Counted from the first letter of the whole stretch, positions 1 to 13,970 are shown. The stretch is 63,106 nt of DNA, filler included, from Reticulomyxa filosa (GCA_000512085.1; 16 parts of 16 records of this genome joined end to end with filler, not necessarily neighbours in it); one strand, 5' to 3'. Numbers and translations: made by a program. Notes: a model not told the origin generated them from the letters alone.

Positions 1-111
1 AAAAGTTTATTTATTTTGTCTATTTTTTTTTTTTTTTTTTTTTTTTTTGTATATATTATTTCGTGAATATCACATTAAAACTGTGCATGTTCCATACAAA
101 TAAAAAACAAG

Positions 112-393
112 ACATGGGTCGAAAACAAATTCAAGTGCTGTGGATTGAATGAAAATTATCCGGACGAGGAATGCGTGTCATCGAAAGGATACGATAAGTA
201 TTGCTACAATTCATTGAAGGACTACTTTAACCAAATGGAAGAAACTCTTTTGGGTGTCAGCATTGCACTACTGACAGTTCAAATGTTCGGGCTAATCTGT
301 GCCATCGCTTTGACCAGAGCCGAGAAAGGAGAACGCGTACGTGAGGACAGCTATTTGGGGGACCCATACGAGCCCGCTTATTTTCAAATGTGA
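112..393 (+). CDS. Tetraspanin, final exon (EC2 CCG motif, TM4, cytoplasmic tail); 5' part outside the window
   Basis: After the AG at 110-111 the frame reads TWVENKFKCCGLNENYPDEECVSSKGYDKYCY...LLGVSIALLTVQMFGLICAIAL: CCG plus two further Cys, then a TM helix with a polar Gln, as in tetraspanins. Confidence 0.8.
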   Translation, partial: TWVENKFKCCGLNENYPDEECVSSKGYDKYCYNSLKDYFNQMEETLLGVSIALLTVQMFGLICAIALTRAEKGERVREDSYLGDPYEPAYFQM

Positions 394-1056
394 AAATTTA
401 CTGATACTTGTTTTATTTCATTATATTATTGCTAATATGTCCATAGCATTTTTTTTTTTTAATGTATACTATAATATTTTTTTTTTTTAATGTTTTGTTG
501 TGATGAGAAAAAAAAAAGAAGCAAAAAAAAAAAATAAATAAATTTGGATTTTCACAAACTATGTTTGATAACCTTGTTTTATCACCAATCATTTGCCTGT
601 TTTCTTCTCACCCACTTCACGTGGTTAAAAAATGCAGAGGGTAAAAGGGGGAGGAGCTAGAAACAACGATTGATTTTGTGCATGTTTGTCAATCGAGATA
701 CTTCAAAATTGAAAGTATGTCCACGACACAGCACGCTCTATTCTTTTTTTTTTTTTTTTTAAGAAGACTTTGGCAGCTGTTTCAACTTTGAAAGAAGTGT
801 CACGTGATAACAGAATAACAAAAGAAACACAAAAAGTAAGAGGAACTAGATCACATAGTGATTCTCCCGCATGTCGCTTTGAATGAGAGACTCAAAACAG
901 AAGTTGCATTGTGCCAAAACGGCAAAATGAAAACAAAGCCACACACAAAATAAAAAGGTAATGGTAATGGTAAATAAAAAAAAAAATATAAAAAAAAAAA
1001 CAAATCAAAACAATTTAATCAAAACATTTGAACAAAAAAATAATAAAAAATAATAT

Positions 1057-1915
<859 letters not shown>

Positions 1916-2309
1916 GTTTTTATACTTTGGTTTGTGATGGAGGCCACAGATACAGGAATATGCAGTAAATCTCAATAAAAAAAACTATTTCCTCAAGAAA
2001 AAAACTAGATCCTACTTTATGTTTATAAAAAACAAGTGCTATATCTTTAGAACAATGTTTTCTACGATCAAAATCCTCTAAAAAAAAGTGAAACATGCTT
2101 GAGTCTTAAACAAAACCATGTAACATGCTGTTGAAACCACTATCACCAAATTAAGAAAATATAGAATAGCTTCAAATTCTTTTATGATGGAAGTTTGAAA
2201 TGAATGAAATAATTTTTTGGCAATGAAAAACTAAAGAGTATCGAGTTAAAAAAACTTTTAAAAAAAGGTGTTTGAGTTCTATTGCAATAATAATCTCGAA
2301 TCTTAAAAA

Positions 2310-3377
2310 ATGGTTAAGATAGAATGGGATATAAAGCTCGATTTTCAAGATGTGTTGATTCGTCCAAAGCGAAGTAAGTTAAAATCTCGAAAAGACGTTG
2401 ATCTGCGAAGGGAATACGTGTTTGTGAACTCAAAGCAAAAATGGAACGGAATTCCAGTAATCGCAGCGAACATGGACACAACCGGGACATTTGAGATGGC
2501 AAAGGTGTTTGCACAATACGGATGTATAGTAGCAATTCACAAGCATTACAGCCTGGAGCAATGGAAAGAGTTTGCAACGGAAGAAAAGAATAACGAGATG
2601 ATTCAATCGTGCGTGGCAGTGAGTAGCGGAACAAGCGACGAGGACTTTGAAAAAATGAAAGCAATTTTAGGCGAATGCAAAACTGTGCGAATGATATGTT
2701 TGGACGTTGCAAACGGATACAGCGAGCATTTTGCAGATTACGTGAAAAAAGTTCGACAAACGTTTCCAACGCATATAATAATGGCAGGCAACGTAGTAAC
2801 CGGAGAAATGACTGAGCAATTGATCTTAAGTGGTGCAGATATTGTCAAAGTCGGAATTGGTCCTGGCAGTGTGTGCACGACCCGTAAGAAAACAGGTGTT
2901 GGCTATCCTCAATTGTCCGCCGTCTTGGAATGCGCAGATGCTGCCCATGGCTTGGGGGGACATATCATCAGTGATGGTGGCTGCACTATGCCCGGAGACT
3001 TTAGCAAGGCCTTTGGTGCTGGCGCCGACTTTGTCATGGCTGGTGGCATGTTTAGCGGACACGACGAGTCCGGTGGCGAAACCAAGGAAATTGGCGGCAA
3101 AAAATTTAAAGAGTTTTATGGTATGAGTAGTGCTGTTGCCATGGATAAATACAGCAAAGGAGTTGCGGACTATCGCGCGTCGGAGGGAAAATATGTCTTA
3201 GTCCCTTATCGTGGACCTGCTGCTGAAACTTTAAAAACTATTCTTGGTGGTGTCAGGTCTACTTGTACGTATGTTGGAGCTTCCCACTTGAAGGAACTTT
3301 CAAAACGCACTACCTTCATACGAATTCAACCATCTTCTCATCACAATACTGTCTTTGGTGACGAAAAAAAAGATTGA
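2310..3377 (+). CDS. GMPR: GMP reductase (type 1, IMPDH/GMPR family), intronless
   Basis: [71 protein letters not shown] and [14 protein letters not shown] are GMPR/GuaC signatures. Confidence 0.96.
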   Translation: MVKIEWDIKLDFQDVLIRPKRSKLKSRKDVDLRREYVFVNSKQKWNGIPVIAANMDTTGTFEMAKVFAQYGCIVAIHKHYSLEQWKEFATEEKNNEMIQSCVAVSSGTSDEDFEKMKAILGECKTVRMICLDVANGYSEHFADYVKKVRQTFPTHIIMAGNVVTGEMTEQLILSGADIVKVGIGPGSVCTTRKKTGVGYPQLSAVLECADAAHGLGGHIISDGGCTMPGDFSKAFGAGADFVMAGGMFSGHDESGGETKEIGGKKFKEFYGMSSAVAMDKYSKGVADYRASEGKYVLVPYRGPAAETLKTILGGVRSTCTYVGASHLKELSKRTTFIRIQPSSHHNTVFGDEKKD

Positions 3378-3815
3378 TTTTCGTTTGTTTGTTCTTTTTT
3401 TTTGGAGAGTTGTGTTTTTAGTTTTATAAACGTTTTTTGTGCCAAAGGCAACAACCTGCAATTGTCATTTATTGCGGCTTTTCGCATCGTGACACCTCTT
3501 TTTGTTTGTTATTAGTTGAAAATACAACAATCATTTCGATACAAATTCATTTGTGGCGAATCTAAATTAACTTGATTTGATCATAAAAGTATCAGCCCTT
3601 ATGACAATTTTGCATTCTCTAAACAAATGAAATTTTACTCTTATACAGAATGCTGTTAACTATTTGACAGATATAAGGAGTATCTATCTTGTTTTTTCTA
3701 GTAAAATAAAATTTGCAAAACAATTGCTTAAGAAGCCACAAAAGTTTGGGTCACTAAGTTCGAACACAGTTAAAATTTATCAATTTGAAAATCAAGTTAG
3801 CAAAAGTTTATTAAG

Positions 3816-4283
3816 ATGGCAGAAGATCCTCAACAAGAATTACCAGATAATAAAAGAGGTTTATCGAAAGTTGAACAAGCTCAATTTACTCAGTACATGC
3901 AAGGCGAAGCTTTGCGAATTATAGGACAAGCAAGTTTCGAGAAAAATGGAAACGACTTGGACGGAACTTTGACCAAACTTTCACAATTGGCACAAGATAA
4001 ACTTACATCTATCAAGAAAAGGTTAGCATTTGTCTCTACATATCCTCTTGTGTTTTCATCTTTCTTAATCTCCTAGTTTTCCAATCCACATGATGTTTTT
4101 TAATGTTACACACCTCTACACAGCCATCGTTACATAGTAAATGTATTATTGGTTCCAATAAAAGGAAATTTCAAAACAATGAATCGTGTTTATTGGAAGC
4201 CAGAAACAGATACATCAATTACTGTACAAGTTGAGGCTCAAAATATAAAGTGTATTATTACAGCTTACTGTGTGGGACTGTAG
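3816..4283 (+). CDS. Tctex-1 family dynein light chain (exons 3816-4021 and 4124-4283)
   Basis: A phase-2 intron GTTAG...CAG joins in frame to SHRYIVNVLLVPIKGNFKTMNRVYWKPETDTSITVQVEAQNIKCIITAYCVGL*, matching the Tctex-1 pattern Y-I-V-x-V...W-x-x-x-T-D followed by terminal beta strands. Confidence 0.75.
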
Positions 4284-5522
4284 TAACACACTAAATTTGA
4301 GAGAAAAACAAATGCTAAAATACAAATAAATGTAATTTTTTGTTCAATGTTATATATTTTTTTTTGCTACACGTTAATACAACCATTTCTGTTGCCTGTT
4401 TTTCAAAAAGACAAAATATTAACTACAATCACGAATCTCTTTCTAGTGATAATGACTATTGAATCGAACAACAAAAATGAACAATCATAAAGTTCATTGT
4501 AAGAGATGTCATCATTGAAAATATTTTCTCCTTTGATTGTTGTAATCTCAAACAAGGGAATACTACAACTTTGTTACAAGGAGTACTATCAGATAACAAA
4601 AAATTAACATAAGTCATATTTGAACAATATTTCGTGAATGCACGCTCATTATAGTATCTAAATGAATTTTAAGACTTTTTACTAAAATGGAAACGGTTAA
4701 AATAAATTAACTGTGGTAATATTTTTTAATTAACAAAATTTAATGCAAACAAAAAGTATTGTCACAGTTGACATGTAATTTCATACTTTGCAAACTGTTA
4801 ATACTTGCATTGTATATATAATAGTAGTTTGCGAAACTCAAATAGAAGTGATTGTAAGTCAGCTGCAACGTATGACAAGGTAACTCTTAAGAAAGAGCAA
4901 TATATTACTGGAAAGTAGAATTTTCCGAAACATACAATAACAGTAGCGAACTAGTAAATGCGGAGCTATTACATTATATCGTGAATAGATCAAAATAGTT
5001 TTGACTGGTATATTGAAGCAAGACTTATTCTTTATTTCATTAAGATATTATCACGACATCTCAGCCCAAAAAGAATGTTAACATAAACTAAAGAAATGTT
5101 ATACTGGTATGCAATGTACAAATATTTGAAAAAATTTTGTAAACAATTTTTTTTTTGTCAAATTTCGAAAATAAAAGTTATAAAATTTTGTATGTTCAAC
5201 ATGTTTATAACCTAGTATGTCCAATCAAGAAAGTATTAACGAATATGATAATGAAGAAAAATACACATGAATTGATTTATGTAAATATATTCAAACAAAA
5301 TGCATATGTTAAATAAAAATCAGTATATATACATTTAAGAAAATTTTAAAAGTGAAATTAGTTAATGTAAAAAAATATAAGTAGTTATATGATATTGAAC
5401 ATATAAGTTTTGAAAACAAAGATATACATTATAATTCATTTTAAATTAATGATAAAATGTCACTATATGTGATTATGGCAAAGACAAATTGACGGCAGAG
5501 TTTGGATGTATTATTTGAGATA

Positions 5523-6864
5523 AAGTAGTTTGCAAAAAAAATAGGACACATAAAATGCTACTTTATGAAGATATTAATTTTCTCCATGAAAAACAATTAA
5601 TACTATTTTAAAAAATATCTACGAATCTTGTAATTTTTAAATATGATTTTTGCTTTTTAAAAAAATTTTTCGTAATTGTTTGAAAAATTTAAATACTTTT
5701 TTCTACAGAATTTTTGCCTTTATAAAGAATTGCTTAGATTTTAAATATTTTTGAAAATTTTTTGAAATTTTTGTCATTTTGTTGTTGCCTGATTGCCTCA
5801 GCGCATTTTATCTGTATCATTAGATTTTCTTTTTGTCTTTGTAGCGTTTATTAAATTTATTGTTTATGTTCTTTGTTATCCTCTAAAACGGTTACAATAA
5901 CCAAAATGATTTTTATTTTGGAAAAAGAATCTGTTGAAATTTTTGCTTGTTTTATTTTCATACAACATTAATTTCTTTATTATTGCCAGTAGCGCTTGAA
6001 CAATGATAGATTATGCAAAAAAATAAGTAATTTTAAATTACAAGCTGAAAAATTGACACGTAATGGCAAAAAAAAACAAAAAATCAAAAAAAATAATTAA
6101 AAAACTTCACTAAAATTATAACATTCTTAACATATACATTGCTTTACGTCATTTGTTTTATTTTTTTCAACTCTATTTATGATTTTTGTTTTAACGCATT
6201 TTTTCAACAAATTTTTTTTATTTGTTCAATGCGAAATCTTGTTATTTTTAAAAAATTGGTGCAAGTTTATGATGGAACATTTTTTGCAACTGCTTAAAAA
6301 AAAGTTGGCAAATTTGATTGTTACGATACAGGCACGATTGTCAACTTTGAATATTTTATTGATTTTTCAAAATTTTGAGACAATTTTTGAAACAATTATT
6401 ATCAACACCAAAGAAAAGCTAGCAAAGTGGTAAAAAATATATTTTAAAAATAATTTTCAAATTGTAAAAGAAAAAATGTTGAACCTAGTGTAGGGCAAGC
6501 CCTACTGTAGACGACCGAACTCTAAAGGGCCTGAGGAGTCCCCAGTAGGTTAAACTCCTTCAAAACTCTTTTCACTTCTTTTGTTGCTTTCTTTCGTTTT
6601 CTTGTTGTTAATTATTCTTTATTTAACTCATTTTTGTTTTATTGGAAACTACTCTCAAAAGAAGCATCTGTCGTATTACACTTACAACTTCTGTACCTGA
6701 GCTTCCTACACCAGAATGGTTTTATTTAAAAGCCAGTATCATATTTAAAAAATTCAATATTTGCAGATTTTTTAAAAAAATTTATGATTAATTGTTTGTT
6801 TTCATGTAGAAAATTAATTATCTTCATAAAGTAGCACTTTAGGTGTAATTTTTTGCAACTACTG
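5523..6864. mobile_element. Non-autonomous Tc1/mariner-type TIR element with both ends, TA-flanked, containing a nested solo LTR
   Basis: Left end TA|AAGTAGTTTGCAAAAAAAA...TGCTACTTTATGAAGATATTAATTT is the inverted counterpart of the right end AAAATTAATTATCTTCATAAAGTAGCA...TTGCAACTACTG|TA over roughly 135 bp. No transposase ORF inside. Confidence 0.8.
6489..6710 (+). mobile_element. Solo LTR, copy 1
   Basis: Termini TGTAGG...CCTACA; flanks CTAG/CCAG (4-bp TSD with one mismatch); colinear similarity to 10127-10337 and 24124-24350. Confidence 0.8.
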
Positions 6865-6939
6865 TACAACTTGAAATGGAATTTTTTTAAAAAACAAAAA
6901 GTTTACCATGTAATTTTTGCTAATAATCAACAGGAACTT

Positions 6940-9827
6940 TTAAAACTTGGTTAATTTATACAGTTTTTGGTGACAAATGTCAATGTCTTCTAATTCTTGG
7001 ATTGTGCGTCTCCTTTCTGCTGTTCTAGAGCTTTCTTCTGTCATGAGTTCCATCACGTCCGATATTTCAAATACTTTGTCATATAACTTACTCTATTCAA
7101 CAGAAGTCGACAAATAATGTTTTTTTTTTTTTTTGTAATATTTAAAAAAAAACTTTGTTCTCAGGCTGCACCAACGCTTGTACCAAGTGATAAATTACAA
7201 TTTTGCACACCAAATCGACGAAACGCTTTTTCAATAGATGCCAATAGGCAAACATCCTGGTGCTCTCTTTGACTATTTCCTTTTGATCGTTCGAGAAATG
7301 TTCGAGTTCATTTGGCCCAATGTTGATATCAAACAAAATTGATTTATCTCGCCAGCCATGTAACGATGCAAAAGAAATCTATCATTATGAAAAACAATAA
7401 AAATAAAAGTTGCCAAAGTAAAAAAAAAAAGTAACAAAACTGGGAAAATTTCGGTTTCCTTCATTATTTGATATGAATGCCCTACTGTTTTAATTTTAAG
7501 CTGATTGGTTGATGCACTGAGATCAGCAGTAGTGTTGTCGCAACTGACAATCATTCCACTACCTTCCGCATTTGGTTTGTTTGGATCTCGTGTGATATAC
7601 CAATGTTGTTGTGCGTGTACAATAAACTTATTTTGTGACGATGTACCATCAACGGACAATTTGTAATACTGTGGGGGTTCGGCATTTGTCTCCGATACGT
7701 ATACACCACCGAAGTCACACTTACATTCTTCTGTGCAACGTATTTTTATAACAGATGGATAGGATTGATTATCTTTATCATCTGGTAAAAGCAGCTGTCC
7801 AATTTCTCTACCAAGAATATGAAATTCGTTGTTTGCAGTGTATTTTGCCGACAGTTCAATGTTAATCATTTGTCTGACCTGCAGCAAACAAGCGCTTTCA
7901 CATTCTTTCAAGTACGTTTCGAATGTTCCGCATACTGCCAGACACAGGTTTGGAAAATGTTCCAATACTTTTTGAATGATATGGTTCGTTTCGGATTTCA
8001 CTATTCGTGCAACTTTTTGAACGATTTCTTTTTTTTGTTTGTTTGTACATACAGTTTATTAAAGAAAAGGAGGGGACCCGGTTACAGAGCAAAACTGGAA
8101 GAAGGTGCATCAAATCTTGAAATTAAATCATCCAATTTTTTGTTCATTACAAAAGGGCTTGCCAATGACGGTATATACCTAAAATTCTGGAACTTTTGGT
8201 TTGTTTCGATAAGTTCGTCAAACCATTGTTTTTCAAAAAATGAGCTATCACAATGACATTCAATAATGTCTTTTTTGAAATTGCGAAGCTTTTGACCAGT
8301 ATTTGAAGCAATAGTTTCCATGCTTTTTTTGTTTGTGCTTTGCCTATCATCGATTAAATAATTGTTTATTTAATTGATTGATTTTTTTTGATTCATGTAC
8401 CTTTTTTTTTAAAAAAAATCTTATACGTGGGAGCCAAGGTGAAATCATTAGATTCTGTATTAATGGATCTATTCAATCGATCGAATATCTCTTCTAAAAA
8501 ACGGCGCAATTGGCTTTGCTTGTCCTTTTCTTCCAGTTCGTCGCCAAGCTCTTTTTTTCTTTTTTGCAATTGCTTTTCCTTTGTTTCCAAACGTTGAGTG
8601 ATATCTGGTAGCAATTTCTTCAATGCACCTTTTAACAATTGATGTAACCTTCCTGCCAAATTCACAGAGCCTAGACACTGGTTTGGAATCTCTTCCAACT
8701 GTGTCTTATTTTTTTCGAAATACCAACTTTCCTGGTCTTGCGCTTTTCTCAGTGTCATTTTCGCTTTGTGCAAGTCATCATGAGACCTGTTTCTAACAAA
8801 AAAAATGTTTTCAGTGGGGACCTGATAGCTCGTAATTAACCCTTTATATTTGCTTATCACACTGCTTATCTCCTCTTTGTCTATCTTTGTGTAAACCAAT
8901 AGTGTACGAGCCCATGCTTTGTCCAACTGATAAGAAATTCGCATAGATTCACAGGTTTGAGGGTCATCACCACATTGGAGGACATTCAGGATAATCACTT
9001 CTTCTCTTGAAACGTAATGATTGATCATTTTTTTAATTAGCTTTATTTTTTATTTAATTAATTTTTTATTTTTTTTTTGTAAGGAAGAAGACAAAAGACT
9101 CAATCAGTCTTTCGAACTTAAAAAATTAGTCCGTCAATTTTTTTTTTTGAGCAAGAAGGAGGAAAGAAGAGGGAGATGACGTATACGTAGATTAACATCA
9201 GGCGCTGATGGGTCGTCAAATACTCCAGGATTCCTAATTATACCCGGCAAGTCAATCAACGTTAAATCCAAAGTATTTTTCTTGAACACTGTCATAATAA
9301 TTGGCTTTTCTGCGACACTTCGTTTGTCGTCTTCATCAATGGCCTTTTGTGTATACTCTTTTACGGCTTTTTCGGTTTCATTCAGCAAAAATTTTTTCTT
9401 TTTTTCGCCTGATTCGAGCCAAGATGCTTCAATCTCCACATATTCATCTACGGACATTTCATCTTCTGTCTGTATCTGCTCTTCGCTTTTTTTTTCATCA
9501 ATATTGCGCAACCGTAATTCCAATGGAACGCGTGTAACCATTCCTACAAATAATGTACAGTTCATTGCTTATCATTTTTTAAAGAAATAGGGAAGAGAAT
9601 AAAAAAAAACCTTCTCCCTTGGGCAACTCGATTCCAGATATAAGCTCCAATAGTGATGACTTTCCATGTGACTGATCCCCAATTACCACTATCGACGGTA
9701 TTTTCAGATCTTTGTCTAAGGGAAATTTGGAGCGAATTTCGTCAAACAAATTAATCATTTTTTGTGCACCTTTTTTACCACTGAATATCTCTTCCAAAAC
9801 GGTTTTTTGGAGATCATTGTTGGTCAT
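6940..9827 (-). CDS. Dynamin-superfamily (Mx-like) GTPase, multi-exon
   Basis: G1 IVVIGDQSHGKSSLLE, G2 GEG/MVTRVPLELRL, G3 LTLIDLPGI, G4 TKID; GED-like AYWHLLKKRFVDLV...HLV and last exon ELMTEESSRTAERRRTIQEL...KF* (stop 6940-6942). Confidence 0.9.
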
Positions 9828-10126
9828 TTTGATCACTGTGAGTAGCTAACAGAACGTACAACAAAAAAAGTGCTACTTTTTTAGAAAGAGAACAAAGAAA
9901 AAAAGGGAGGGCCAAGTGCAGTAAGTTGAAAAAGTCAACTTATCATTACGAACATGAATTGACTGTCACAAGTAATAAATACAAAGCTGGATTTTAATTA
10001 AGCTTACAACACTTGTGAAATGTTGTCCAAAAATTTTGAATGCGATTGGTTGGAGCCATATATTTGTTGAATGAAGATGGATAATGAAAATTAAAAGCTA
10101 AATTGTTTTAATTAAATTGAACAGTT

Positions 10127-10337
10127 TGTAGGTAAGTCCCTATTATAACCTTCAAGGAATCTTAGAGCCCTCAATTGGTTAAACTCTGACAATAACACTT
10201 TCTCTTCTCTTGCCTTCGTTGTATTCTTTATCTTTTGTGAATTGTTTTTATTTAATTAATTTCATTTTACTGAAATTTTATTTCTTGGAATAAAGTCCCT
10301 TTTTGATTACACTCAGTGGTAACTCACTGTTCTTACA
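10127..10337 (+). mobile_element. Solo LTR, copy 2
   Basis: TGTAGG...CTTACA flanked by a perfect AGTT/AGTT duplication; TATA-like TATTATAA near the 5' end and AATAAA near the 3' end. Confidence 0.85.
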
Positions 10338-11078
10338 AGTTGATGACACCGATGCACTTTGAAGTGTATGTGTCTCATTCTTTGCCAGACATTAAAAAAT
10401 TGGACAAATAAAATTTTCCCCAGTTTTTTATTATTTGTAATCACTATAATCATTTTTTTTCTCTTTCAATTGTCACTGTCTCCGAAGTATTTTAGTGGCA
10501 AAAAGCGACAGTAGGACCGAACAAAGACTCCAAAATTTTGGAATTGAAACAGAAAGCTTACTCATTTATCACAAATTCCTAATAAAAGAATGACAAACAG
10601 CCTTTGTAAAGAAAGCGAAGAGTGATGGGGGTCAAGTTTTAGGGAACGTCCGTTAGATCTTGTGTTCCAGTGTACTGATATAAGATTGTGTACCCTCTTT
10701 TCAAAAAATGTAATGAGTGTTGCAGATTGCTGGATCTCGAAACTTTTATTGGGGAAAGTAAAGTTGAGAAAAAACTTGCTTGCTGAGAAAAAGACAAAGT
10801 AGTATCACCACAACCAAAAGTACAGTGCTATATTGCCAACACCAAGTTTGTCAGTATCAGCAAAAAAAAAAGTGCAACACCAAGAACATGAAGAATACGA
10901 ACCCCTCTCTGCCCTAGTTTTTTGTAATAAAAGATATACATGTAAGTGTAGGAACAAGGAGAGGAGTGGACACGGGAAAAAAGCCTGAAAACAAAAGTTA
11001 GAACACCGTCCCGAGAAAAAAAAAGAAAGTTTTTTTTTGGTGTTTCCAAAAACCATAAACTCAAACCAAAAAAAAGAT

Positions 11079-11430
11079 TTATTCACTGTCAGTTTTTGTA
11101 TCAATATCAATATCTTTTATGCTAATTGGTTTGGTGGTTGTTGTCTGTTTTGTATCCGTTTGATCACTTTCCTTTTCTTCTTCAATATTCTCCACATTTT
11201 CGACTCCCCCAGTATGTCCACTGTCTCGATCTGGTATTGTTTCGTTGGAAGCAAGCAACTGGATGGTCGTAGTGCAGAAAGTATTCCAATTTCTTGAAAT
11301 CTGTCGAACGACCCAGGCATGGATCGAATCAAACAAATCCATCGGGTATTCTTTTTTCAATGCATCTGCGGTGGACATTTGACGGGTAATTTCGGCATTT
11401 GTGCAGGGAGCCCCTTTCAGGTACAGTCTT
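11079..11430 (-). CDS. Final exon of an unknown protein, possibly the end of an RGS-like domain
   Basis: Open frame LYLKGAPCTNAEITRQMSTADALKKEYPMDLFDSIHAWVVRQISRNWNTF followed by an acidic tail; resembles the RGS 'FD..Q..V...M....F' helices only weakly; truncated by the contig end. Confidence 0.35.
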
Positions 11431-11457
11431 TGTTCATGTTTTTTTTTTTTTTTTTTT

Positions 11458-11557
11458 NNNNNNNNNNNNNNNNNNNNNNNNNNNNNNNNNNNNNNNNNNN
11501 NTTAATTAATTAANNNNNNNNNNNNNNNNNNNNNNNNNNNNNNNNNNNNNNNNNNNN
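11458..11557. other. Artificial contig spacer, first of 15. Others: 12733-12832, 20189-20288, 27964-28063, 30164-30263, 43289-43388, 46479-46578, 47914-48013, 50238-50337, 51704-51803, 53620-53719, 55069-55168, 57340-57439, 59130-59229, 60442-60541
   Basis: Identical 100-bp N44-TTAATTAATTAA-N44 blocks; the core has stops in all six frames. Confidence 0.99.
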
Positions 11558-12732
11558 CGAAAATTGAACAGTTGTAATGTTATTCATATAATCTTCAATA
11601 AGTTGAAATTTTTGCTTCGGAGCTATATCCCACAATCGAATAGTTGTATCCACTGAACCAGACACAATTGTCATACCATCAGATGAGAAGTGAGCATCCA
11701 CGACAGTTCCTAAATGTCCCTGTAAACATTGAAGCTGTTTTCCAGACGATACATCCCATAATCGAATAGTTGCATCGGCAGAAGCTGAAACTATTTTGGT
11801 ACCATCTGCTGAGAATTCCACACAAGCAACAGCATCTAAGTGGCCTTCGAAGCATTGCATTTGCTCACCAGAAAGCACACTCCATATTCGGATAGTATTG
11901 TCCGATAACCCAGATGCAATTGTAGCACCGTCAGGTGAAAAGTGGATACGATAGGGATTACCGGGAAGATCTTCGATAGGATAAAGCTGTTTACCAGATA
12001 ATGCATCCCACAATTGAATAGTTTTATCAAATGAACATGACGCAATTATCGTATTATCAGGTGAGAATTGAGCAGAACAAACTTCTTGTGTATGACCTAC
12101 AAAACGTCGAATTAACTTGCCTAATGTTGCGTTCCACAAACGGATTGTACTATCTTGTGAAGTTGATAAAAGTTTAGAGCCATCAGATGAAAATTGAAGA
12201 AAAGTAATAAAATCGGTATGACCTTCTAAAGTGTCAATTCGTTCTCCAGACGTTATATCCCATAATCCAATGGTATTATCACGTGAACCAGATGCAAGTT
12301 TAGTACCATCTGGTGAAAATGCAATGCATGAAACGCCTTCTGAATGACCCACTAATATTTGAATTTTTTCACCAGATGATGCATCCCACAATTGAATAGT
12401 GTTATCCATTGAGCCAGATGCAATTATATTTCCAGCAGGTGAAAATTGAACAGAAGTAACAGCATCTTCATGTCCTTTCAGAAAACCATATTCACCAAAG
12501 TTAACTTGATTTACTGATGCTTTTGTGAAATTGGTAAAATTAAGACAAGTATTGATAAAACTGACTCCATCCAAAATAGCCTCTTTGAAACTTGTTCCTT
12601 CAAGGAAAGCATGATCCAAAATGGCGTGTGATATATTTATCTTATCCCAGTTTTGATCACGCATGATAACTCTTGCTACATTGAGTACCGTTGCTGCATT
12701 TGCTGCTGCAATTGATACATTGTGATTATTTT
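11558..12732 (-). CDS. Pentapeptide-repeat + WD40-repeat region of a NACHT/WD40 (NWD-like) protein; internal fragment
   Basis: Open across the whole contig: SIAAANAATVLN, pentapeptide-like AILDHAFLEGTSFKEAILDGVSF, then about seven GH...SGS.D.TI.LWD repeats. Confidence 0.9.
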
Positions 12733-13328
12733 NNNNNNNNNNNNNNNNNNNNNNNNNNNNNNNNNNNNNNNNNNNNTTAATTAATTAANNNNNNNNNNNN
12801 NNNNNNNNNNNNNNNNNNNNNNNNNNNNNNNNTTTTGACGAATCAACTCGACAAGACCTCAAAATTGATATTTGTAGCGAAATGGAACAGATTTTAATCT
12901 TCTAAACTCCTTTAAGGCAAATGAAAATAAAAGTAAAGCGAAATAAGACCTCAAACAACACTTATCTAAAATTATATCAGATTAGATTGTTTTTTTCTAC
13001 ATTATATTTCATACGAAAAGATTCTGCATGTAAGCTGACCTACACAGAACAAAGAAGACAAAGGAGAGGAGAAAAGACTGTTTAAATCTAATTATATGGA
13101 TAACGTCTGTTGTGCATACATAAGAAGGTAAGTGTGAACAATAGAATGCGTCTGACAATAATTGAACTCACACAACAATATATATACTTTTTTTGGTTTT
13201 TTTCTGTCTCCCTCCAAAAAAAAAAAAGCCGAAAGTGTTTGCAAAGAATTACTGAAATTGCTTTTTTTTTTTTTTGCAACTTCAGTATTGAAATAATGGA
13301 TTATAAGCATAGAAAAAGAAAAAAGAGT

Positions 13329-13933
13329 CTATGGCAAAATAGTGGCATTGGTATTAGCTTTGGTATTGTTATTGGTATTATTATTACTATTGTTAGCAGT
13401 ATTGTGATTGTGAAGTGAAATGGAAGAGCTATTTTTGGGGTTTTTAAGTTTTGCCAAAACAAGTTTGTATTGATCCTCCAAAGTTTCGACTCGAGATTGA
13501 AACTTTTTGGTTTCGTCTTCGCGTTTGGCAATTTCTTCGCGTATTTGCATGAGCGCCTTGACCAACCGTTTTTTCTGAGTTTTGACTTTGTTGAGTTCGT
13601 TTTCCAACCCCAAGTCCTGACTGCCACGCTTGACGGCCACCAAATCGCTTTGCACTTTGAACTTGCGTTGTCGTTGCAGCTCTTGCTCCTTTAAAGTTTG
13701 CTTCATGTCCTCAATTATCGCATTGCGCTGTTTCAGTTCGTTTTCGCATTGTCTTATCTTCCCATTCAACGTCTTCTTCTCTTGCGCGCCTTCATACAGC
13801 TTATGTTCCACTTGCCACTTTCGAACTCGCAACTGGCTCAATTCGTGAATACGATCGAATAATGACGTTTGCATGAATTTCAAAAGATTTTGTCCTATTT
13901 ATTATCATTATTATTACATATGTTAATATAATG

Positions 13934-13970
<37 letters not shown>

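Noticed and set aside
800-808. CLEAR-like GTCACGTGA motif near ATG8
   Set aside because: It lies downstream of the gene, not in its promoter, and such short motifs arise by chance.
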